This document shows, piece after piece, positions 55,201 through 64,000 of a stretch of DNA of 64,000 nt (its first letter is position 1; every line of letters begins with the position of its first letter). The notes under the pieces were generated by a model, which had not been told where the DNA came from, did not search any database, and saw only the letters and a list, made by a program, of their open reading frames with translations. The position numbers were made by a program, and so were the translations under genes. Source of the DNA: Eledone cirrhosa (lineage: Eukaryota); assembly GCA_964016885.1 (NCBI GenBank), contig OZ024742.1:15624001-15688000 (forward strand), written 5' to 3'.

Positions 55201-58200
55201 TGATTATTAAAGAACCTCAGAGTAAAGTGTGATTATTAAAGAACCACAGAGTAAAGTGTTATTATTAAAGAACCTCAGAGAAATGTGTGATTATTAAAGA
55301 ACCACAGAGTAAAGTGTGATTATTAAAGAACCTCAGATTAAAGTATGATTATTAAAGAACCACAGAGTAAAGTGTGATTATTAAAGAACCTCAGAGAAAT
55401 GTGTGATTATTAAAGAACCACAGAGTAAAGTGTGATTATTAAAGAACCTCAGAGTAAAGTGTGATTATTAAAGAACCACAGAGTAAAGTGTGATTATTAA
55501 AGAACCTCAGAGTAAAGTATGATTATTAAAGAACCACAGAGTAAAGTGTGATTATTAAAGAACCTCAGAGAAATGTGTGATTATTAAAGAACCACAGAGT
55601 ATAGTGTGATTATTAAAGAACTTCAGAGTAAAGTGTGATTATTAAAGAACCACAGAGTAAAGTGTGATTATTAAAGAACCTCAGAGGAATGTGTGATTAT
55701 TAAAGAACCTCAGAGTAAAGTGTGATTATTAAAGAACCACAGAGAAATGTGTGATTATTAAAGAACCACTGAGTAAAGTGCGATTATTAAAGAACCTCAG
55801 AGTAAAGTGTGATTATTAAAGAACCTCAGAGTAAAGTGTGATAATTAAAGAACCACAGAGAAATGTGTGATTATTAAAGAACCACAGAGTAAAGTGTGAT
55901 TATTAAAGAACCTCAGAGTAAAGTGTGATTATTAAAGAACCACAGAGTAAAGTGTGATTATTAAAGAACCACAGAGTAAAGTGTGATTATTAAACAACCA
56001 CAGAAAAATGTGTGATTATTAAAGAACCTCAGAGTAAAGTGTGATTATTAAAGTACCTCAGAGTAAAGTGTGATTATTAAAGAACCTCAGGGTAAAGTGT
56101 GATTATTAAAGAACCACAGAGTAAAGTGTGATTATTAAAGAACCACAGAGAAAAGTGTGATTATTAAAGAACCTCAGAGTAAAGTGTGATTATTAAAGAA
56201 CCATACAGAAATGTGAGATTATTAAAGAACCACAGAGGAAAGTGTGATTATTAAAGAAGCACAGAGTAAAGTGTGATTATTAAAGAACCTCAGAGTAAAG
56301 TATGATTATTAAAGAACCACAGAGTAAAGTGTGATTATTAAAGAACCTCAGAGAAATGTGTGATTATTAAAGAACCACAGAGTAAAGTGTGATTATTAAA
56401 GAACTTCAGAGTAAAGTGTGATTATTAAAGAACCACAGAGTAAAGTGTGATTATTAAAGAACCTCAGAGGAATGTGTGATTATTAAAGAACCTCAGAGTA
56501 AAGTGTGATTATTAAAGAACCACAGAGAAATGTGTGATTATTAAAGAACCACAGAGTAAAGTGCGATTATTAAAGAACCTCAGAGTAAAGTGTGATTATT
56601 AAAGAACCTCAGAGTAAAGTGTGATAATTAAAGAACCACAGAGAAATGTGTGATTATTAAAGAACCACAGAGTAAAGTGTGATTATTAAAGAACCACAGA
56701 GAAATGTGTGATTATTAAAGAACCACAGAGTAAAGTGTGATTATTAAAGAACCTCAGAGTAAAGTGTGATTATTAAAGAACCACAGAGTAAAGTGTGATT
56801 ATTAAAGAACCACAGAGTAAAGTGTGATTATTAAACAACCACAGAAAAATGTGTGATTATTAAAGAACCTCAGAGTAAAGTGTGATTATTAAAGTACCTC
56901 AGAGTAAAGTGTGATTATTAAAGAACCTCAGGGTAAAGTGTGATTATTAAAGAACCACAGAGTAAAGTGTGATTATTAAAGAACCACAGAGAAAAGTGTG
57001 ATTATTAAAGAACCTCAGAGTAAAGTGTGATTATTAAAGAACCATACAGAAATGTGAGATTATTAAAGAACCACAGAGTAAAGTGTGATTATTAAAGAAC
57101 CTCAGAGTAAAGTGTGATTATTAAAGAACCACAGAGTAAAGTGTGATTATTAAAGAACCACAGAGAAATGTGTGATTATTAAAGAACCACAGAGTAAAGT
57201 GTGATTATTAAAGAACCTCAGAGTAAAGTGTGATTATTAAAGAACCACAGAGTAAAGTGTGATTATTAAAGAACCACAGAGTAATGTGTGATTATTAAAG
57301 AACCACAGAGTAAAGTGTGATTATTAAAGTACCACAGAGTACAGTGTAATTATTAAAGAACCTCAGTGTCATGTGTGATTATTAAAGAACCTCAGAGTAA
57401 AGTGTGATTATTAAAGAACCACAGAGAAATGTGTGATTATTAAAGAACCTCAGAGTAAAGTGTGATTATTAAAGAACCTCAGTGTAAAGTATGTTTATTA
57501 AAGAACCACAGAGAAATGTGTGATTATTAAAGAACCTCAGAGAAAAGTGTGATTATTAAAGAACCACAGAGTAAAGTATGATTATTAAAGAACCACAGAG
57601 AAATGTGTGATTATTAAAGAACCACAGAGAAAAGTGTGATTATTAAAGAACCACAGAGTAAAGTGTGATTATTAAAGAACTTCAGAGTAAAGTGTGATTA
57701 TTAAAGAACCACAGAGTAAAGTGTGATTATTAAAGAACCTCAGAGGAATGTGTGATTATTAAAGAACCTCAGAGTAAAGTGTGATTATTAAAGAACCACA
57801 GAGAAATGTGTGATTATTAAAGAACCACAGAGTAAAGTGCGATTATTAAAGAACCTCAGAGTAAAGTGTGATTATTAAAGAACCTCAGAGTAAAGTGTGA
57901 TAATTAAAGAACCACAGAGAAATGTGTGATTATTAAAGAACCACAGAGTAAAGTGTGATTATTAAAGAACCACAGAGAAATGTGTGATTATTAAAGAACC
58001 ACAGAGTAAAGTGTGATTATTAAAGAACCTCAGAGTAAAGTGTGATTATTAAAGAACCACAGAGTAAAGTGTGATTATTAAAGAACCACAGAGTAAAGTG
58101 TGATTATTAAACAACCACAGAAAAATGTGTGATTATTAAAGAACCTCAGAGTAAAGTGTGATTATTAAAGTACCTCAGAGTAAAGTGTGATTATTAAAGA

Positions 58201-61200
58201 ACCTCAGGGTAAAGTGTGATTATTAAAGAACCACAGAGTAAAGTGTGATTATTAAAGAACCACAGAGAAAAGTGTGATTATTAAAGAACCTCAGAGTAAA
58301 GTGTGATTATTAAAGAACCATACAGAAATGTGAGATTATTAAAGAACCACAGAGTAAAGTGTGATTATTAAAGAACCTCAGAGTAAAGTGTGATTATTAA
58401 AGAACCACAGAGTAAAGTGTGATTATTAAAGAACCACAGAGAAATGTGTGATTATTAAAGAACCACAGAGTAAAGTGTGATTATTAAAGAACCTCAGAGT
58501 AAAGTGTGATTATTAAAGAACCACAGAGTAAAGTGTGATTATTAAAGAACCACAGAGTAATGTGTGATTATTAAAGAACCACAGAGTAAAGTGTGATTAT
58601 TAAAGTACCACAGAGTACAGTGTAATTATTAAAGAACCTCAGTGTCATGTGTGATTATTAAAGAACCTCAGAGTAAAGTGTGATTATTAAAGAACCACAG
58701 AGAAATGTGTGATTATTAAAGAACCTCAGAGTAAAGTGTGATTATTAAAGAACCTCAGTGTAAAGTATGTTTATTAAAGAACCACAGAGAAATGTGTGAT
58801 TATTAAAGAACCTCAGAGAAAAGTGTGATTATTAAAGAACCACAGAGTAAAGTATGATTATTAAAGAACCACAGAGAAATGTGTGATTATTAAAGAACCA
58901 CAGAGAAAAGTGTGATTATTAAAGAACCACAGAGTAAAGTGTGATTATTAAAAACCTCAGAGAAAAGTGTAATTATTAAAGAACCTCAGTGTCATGTGTG
59001 ATTATTAAAGAACCACAGAGTAAAGTGTGATTATTAAAGAACCATACAGAAATGTGAGATTATTAAAGAACCACAGAGTAAAGTGTGATTATTAAAGAAC
59101 CTCAGAGTAAAGTGTGATTATTAAAGAACCTCAGAGGAAAAGTGTGATTATTAAAGAACCTCAGAGTAAAGTGTGATTATTTAAGAACCCCAAAGTAAAG
59201 TGTGATTATTAAGGAACCTCAGAGTAAAGTGTGATTATTAAAGAACCACAGAGTAAAGTGTGATTATTAAAGAACCTCAGAGTAAAGTGTGCTTATTAAA
59301 GAACCACAGAGTAAAGTGTGAATATTAAAGAACCACAGAGAAATGTGTCATTATTAAAGAACCACAGAGTAAAGTGTGATTATTAAAGAACCTCAGAGTA
59401 AAGTGTGATTATTAAAGAACCACAGAGTAAAGTGTGATTATTAAAGAACCACAGAGTAAAGTGTGATTATTAAAGAACCACAGAGTAAAGTGTGATTATT
59501 AAACAACCACAGAAAAATGTGTGATTATTAAAGAACCTCAGAGTAAAGTGTGATTATTAAAGTACCTCAGAGTAAAGTGTGATTATTAAAGAACCTCAGG
59601 GTAAAGTGTGATTATTAAAGAACCACAGAGTAAAGTGTGATTATTAAAGAACCACAGAGAAAAGTGTGATTATTAAAGAACCTCAGAGTAAAGTGTGATT
59701 ATTAAAAAACCATACAGAAATGTGAGATTATTAAAGAACCACAGAGTAAAGTGTGATTATTAAAGAACCTCAGAGTAAAGTGTGATTATTAAAGAACCAC
59801 AGAGTAAAGTGTGATTATTAAAGAACCACAGAGAAATGTGTGATTATTAAAGAACCACAGAGTAAAGTGTGATTATTAAAGAACCTCAGAGTAAAGTGTG
59901 ATTATTAAAGAACCACAGAGTAAAGTGTGATTATTAAAGAACCACAGAGTAATGTGTGATTATTAAAGAACCACAGAGTAAAGTGTGATTATTAAAGTAC
60001 CACAGAGTACAGTGTAATTATTAAAGAACCTCAGTGTCATGTGTGATTATTAAAGAACCTCAGAGTAAAGTGTGATTATTAAAGAACCACAGAGAAATGT
60101 GTGATTATTAAAGAACCTCAGAGTAAAGTGTGATTATTAAAGAACCTCAGTGTAAAGTATGTTTATTAAAGAACCACAGAGAAATGTGTGATTATTAAAG
60201 AACCTCAGAGAAAAGTGTGATTATTAAAGAACCACAGAGTAATGTATGATTATTAAAGAACCACAGAGAAATGTGTGATTATTAAAGAACCACAGAGAAA
60301 AGTGTGATTATTAAAGAACCACAGAGTAAAGTGTGATTATTAAAGAACTTCAGAGTAAAGTGTGATTATTAAAGAACCACAGAGTAAAGTGTGATTATTA
60401 AAGAACCTCAGAGTAAAGTGTGATTATTAAAGAACCTCAGAGTAAAGTGTGATTATTAAAGAACCACAGAGAAATGTGTGATTATTAAAGAACCACAGAG
60501 TAAAGTGCGATTATTAAAGAACCTCAGAGTAAAGTGTGATTATTAAAGAACCTCAGAGTAAAGTGTGATAATTAAAGAACCACAGAGAAATGTGTGATTA
60601 TTAAAGAACCACAGAGTAAAGTGTGATTATTAAAGAACCACAGAGAAATGTGTGATTATTAAAGAACCACAGAGTAAAGTGTGATTATTAAAGAACCTCA
60701 GAGTAAAGTGTGATTATTAAAGAACCACAGAGTAAAGTGTGATTATTAAAGAACCACAGAGTAAAGTGTGATTATTAAACAACCACAGAAAAATGTGTGA
60801 TTATTAAAGAACCTCAGAGTAAAGTGTGATTATTAAAGTACCTCAGAGTAAAGTGTGATTATTAAAGAACCTCAGGGTAAAGTGTGATTATTAAAGAACC
60901 ACAGAGTAAAGTGTGATTATTAAAGAACCACAGAGAAAAGTGTGATTATTAAAGAACCTCAGAGTAAAGTGTGATTATTAAAGAACCATACAGAAATGTG
61001 AGATTATTAAAGAACCACAGAGTAAAGTGTGATTATTAAAGAACCTCAGAGTAAAGTGTGATTATTAAAGAACCACAGAGTAAAGTGTGATTATTAAAGA
61101 ACCACAGAGAAATGTGTGATTATTAAAGAACCACAGAGTAAAGTGTGATTATTAAAGAACCTCAGAGTAAAGTGTGATTATTAAAGAACCACAGAGTAAA

Positions 61201-62687
61201 GTGTGATTATTAAAGAACCACAGAGTAATGTGTGATTATTAAAGAACCACAGAGTAAAGTGTGATTATTAAAGTACCACAGAGTACAGTGTAATTATTAA
61301 AGAACCTCAGTGTCATGTGTGATTATTAAAGAACCTCAGAGTAAAGTGTGATTATTAAAGAACCACAGAGAAATGTGTGATTATTAAAGAACCTCAGAGT
61401 AAAGTGTGATTATTAAAGAACCTCAGTGTAAAGTATGTTTATTAAAGAACCACAGAGAAATGTGTGATTATTAAAGAACCTCAGAGAAAAGTGTGATTAT
61501 TAAAGAACCACAGAGTAAAGTATGATTATTAAAGAACCACAGAGAAATGTGTGATTATTAAAGAACCACAGAGAAAAGTGTGATTATTAAAGAACCACAG
61601 AGTAAAGTGTGATTATTAAAAACCTCAGAGAAAAGTGTAATTATTAAAGAACCTCAGTGTCATGTGTGATTATTAAAGAACCACAGAGTAAAGTGTGATT
61701 ATTAAAGAACCATACAGAAATGTGAGATTATTAAAGAACCACAGAGTAAAGTGTGATTATTAAAGAACCTCAGAGTAAAGTGTGATTATTAAAGAACCTC
61801 AGAGGAAAAGTGTGATTATTAAAGAACCTCAGAGTAAAGTGTGATTATTTAAGAACCCCAAAGTAAAGTGTGATTATTAAGGAACCTCAGAGTAAAGTGT
61901 GATTATTAAAGAACCACAGAGTAAAGTGTGATTATTAAAGAACCTCAGAGTAAAGTGTGCTTATTAAAGAACCACAGAGTAAAGTGTGAATATTAAAGAA
62001 CCACAGAGAAATGTGTCATTATTAAAGAACCACAGAGTAAAGTGTGATTATTAAAGAACCTCAGAGTAAAGTGTGATTATTAAAGAACCACAGAGTAAAG
62101 TGTGATTATTAAAGAACCACAGAGTAAAGTGTGATTATTAAAGAACCACAGAGTAAAGTGTGATTATTAAAGTACCACAGAGTACAGTGTAATTATTAAA
62201 GAACCTCAGTGTCATGTGTGATTATTAAAGAACCTCAGAGTAAAGTGTGACTATTAAAGAACCACAGTGTAAAGTGTTATTATTAAAGAACCACAGAGAA
62301 ACGTGAGATTATTAAAGACCCACAGAGTAAAGGGTGATTATTAAAGAACCTCAGAGCAAAGTGTGATTATTAAAGAACCTCAGAGTAAAGCGTGATTATT
62401 AAAGAACCACAGAGTAAAGTGTGATTATTAAAGAACCTCAGAGTAAAGTGTTGATTATTAAAGAACCTCAGAGTAAAGTGTGATTATTAAAGAACCTCAG
62501 TGTAAAGTGTGATTATTAAAGAACCTCAGAGTAAAGTGTGATTATTAAAGAACCACAGATTAAAGTGTGATTATTAAAGAACCTCAGAGTAAAGTGTGAT
62601 TATTAAAGAACCACAGAGAAATGTGTGATTATTAAAGAACCACAGAGTAAAGTGTGATTATTAAAGAACCTCAGAGTAAAGTGTGAT
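34981..62687 (+). repeat. Tandem duplication with 13,831-bp period (~477 monomers): 34981-48856 vs 48812-62687
   Basis: aagaagcagt 35031/48862 and 38220/52051; aaagtgtgac 48411/62242. The match breaks at 34980/48811 (t/a) and 48857/62688 (t/a). Confidence 0.94.
42860..48330 (+). repeat. Nested higher-order repeat: 1,276-bp (44-mer) unit inside a 2,668-bp (92-mer) duplication
   Basis: The marker aaacaaccacagaaaaat is at 42161, 43002, 44278, 45670 and 46946, giving spacings of 841, 1276, 1392 and 1276. cttattaaag at 45461/48129 is 2668 apart. Confidence 0.9.
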
Positions 62688-64000
62688 AATTAAAGAACCA
62701 CGGAGAAATGTGTGATTATTAAAGAACCACAGAGTAAAGTGTGATTATTAAAGAACCACAGAGAAATGTGTGATTATTAAAGAACCACAGTGTAAAGTGT
62801 GATTATTAAAGAACCACAGAGAAATGTGTGATTATTAAAGAACCACAGAGTAAAGTGTGATTATTAAAGAACCTCAGAGTAAAGTGTGATTATTAAAGAA
62901 CCATACAGAAATGTGAGATTATTAAAGAACCACAGAGTAAAGTGTGATTATTAAAGAACCTCAGAGCCAAGTGTGATTATTAAAGAACCACAGAGAAAAG
63001 TGTGATTATTAAAGAACCACAGAGTAAAGTGTGATTATTAAAGAATCTCAGAGTAAAGTGTAATTATTAAGGAACCACAGAGTAAAGTGTGCTTATTAAA
63101 GAACCTCAGATTAAAGTGTGATTATTAAAGAACCTCAGAGTAAAGTGTGATTATTAAAGAACCATACAGAAATGTGAGATTATTAAAGAACCACAGAGTA
63201 AAGTGTGATTATTAAAGAACCTCAGGGTAAAGTGTGATTATTAAAGAACCACAGAGTAAAGTGTGATTATTAAAGAACCACAGAGAAAAGTGTGATTATT
63301 AAAGAACCTCAGAGTAAAGTGTGATTATTAAAGAACCATACAGAAATGTGAGATTATTAAAGAACCACAGAGTAAAGTGTGATTATTAAAGAACCTCAGA
63401 GTAAAGTGTGATTATTAAAGAACCACAGAGTAAAGTGTGATTATTAAAGAACCACAGAGAAATGTGTGATTATTAAAGAACCACAGAGTAAAGTGTGATT
63501 ATTAAAGAACCTCAGAGTAAAGTGTGATTATTAAAGAACCACAGAGTAAAGTGTGATTATTAAAGAACCACAGAGTAATGTGTGATTATTAAAGAACCAC
63601 AGAGTAAAGTGTGATTATTAAAGTACCACAGAGTAGTGTAATTATTAAAGAACCTCAGTGTCATGTGTGATTATTAAAGAACCTCAGAGTAAAGTGTGAT
63701 TATTAAAGAACCACAGAGAAATGTGTGATTATTAAAGAACCTCAGAGTAAAGTGTGATTATTAAAGAACCTCAGAGTAAAGTATGATTATTAAAGAACCA
63801 CAGAGAAATGTGTGATTATTAAAGAACCTCAGAGAAAAGTGTGATTATTAAAGAACCACAGAGTAAAGTATGATTATTAAAGAACCACAGAGAAATGTGT
63901 GATTATTAAAGAACCACAGAGAAAAGTGTGATTATTAAAGAACCACAGAGTAAAGTGAGATTATTAAAAACCTCAGAGAAAAGTGTAATTATTAAAGAAC

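Larger units (their letters stand above)
1..64000 (+). repeat. 29-bp tandem satellite array, ~2,200 monomers, single orientation; consensus GTGTGATTATTAAAGAACCWCAGAGWAAW
   Basis: The monomer at 1-29 (gtgcgattattaaagaaccacagagtaaa) recurs at 30, 59 and so on to the last base. The core GATTATTAAAGAACC is nearly invariant. The main polymorphisms are at monomer positions 20 (T/A), 26 (T/A) and 29 (A/T). No reverse-complement monomers or non-repeat sequence were seen. Confidence 0.99.

Noticed and set aside
1-64000. CRISPR array (29-bp period with a constant and a variable part)
   Set aside because: There are no unique spacers: the variable ~10 bp are point variants of one sequence. No leader, no cas genes and no repeat hairpin are present.
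1-64000. Repetitive protein-coding ORF on either strand
   Set aside because: 29 is not a multiple of 3, and each monomer has TGA/TAA on the + strand and TAA on the - strand. Every frame therefore hits a stop within about three monomers.
1-64000. Telomerase-synthesised long telomeric repeat (yeast-type 20-26 bp units)
   Set aside because: There are no G-runs, and variants are inherited in kb-scale duplicated blocks, which indicates DNA-level duplication rather than template-by-template addition. A subtelomeric location is not excluded.
1-64000. Plasmid/phage iterons or a prokaryotic regulatory array
   Set aside because: Thousands of copies with no rep gene or any unique DNA is far outside known iteron organisation.
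1-64000. Identification with a known 29-bp minisatellite such as human MS32, or an Ig switch region
   Set aside because: Only the unit length matches MS32. This monomer is AT-rich and lacks the dense AGCT/G-rich motifs of switch regions. I cannot assign a family without a database search.
1-64000. Digital 'code' in the T/A monomer order
   Set aside because: The order is adequately explained by nested duplication of existing blocks, and nothing indicates a readout mechanism.
1-64000. Intrinsic curvature from phased A-tracts, hairpins or G-quadruplexes
   Set aside because: The A-runs are mostly only 3 bp and spaced 14-15 bp apart, out of helical phase. Only tiny palindromes (TTAA, CTCnGAG) exist, and there are no recurrent G-tracts.

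Overview
The whole 64 kb window is one uninterrupted, head-to-tail tandem array of a 29-bp AT-rich monomer. The consensus is GTGTGATTATTAAAGAACC(T/A)CAGAG(T/A)AA(A/T), about 31% GC, with roughly 2,200 copies and rare 27/28/30-bp variants. It runs off both ends of the window. I see no genes, RNA genes, transposons, CRISPR spacers or unique sequence. It looks like eukaryotic satellite or large minisatellite DNA, but I cannot name the family or organism. The informative signal is in the order of the variant monomers, which records a nested hierarchy of near-identical duplications. Offsets counted by hand from rare marker monomers are 145, 261, 841, 1276, 1510, 2668, 2671, 3189, 5188 and 13,831 bp. 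The array also carries old multi-monomer cassettes, a left-to-right turnover of variants, and one likely single-monomer gene-conversion event. I found no evidence for a protein-coding or RNA-guided system; the functional ideas below are speculative. All comparisons were made by eye, so boundaries and mismatch counts are approximate.
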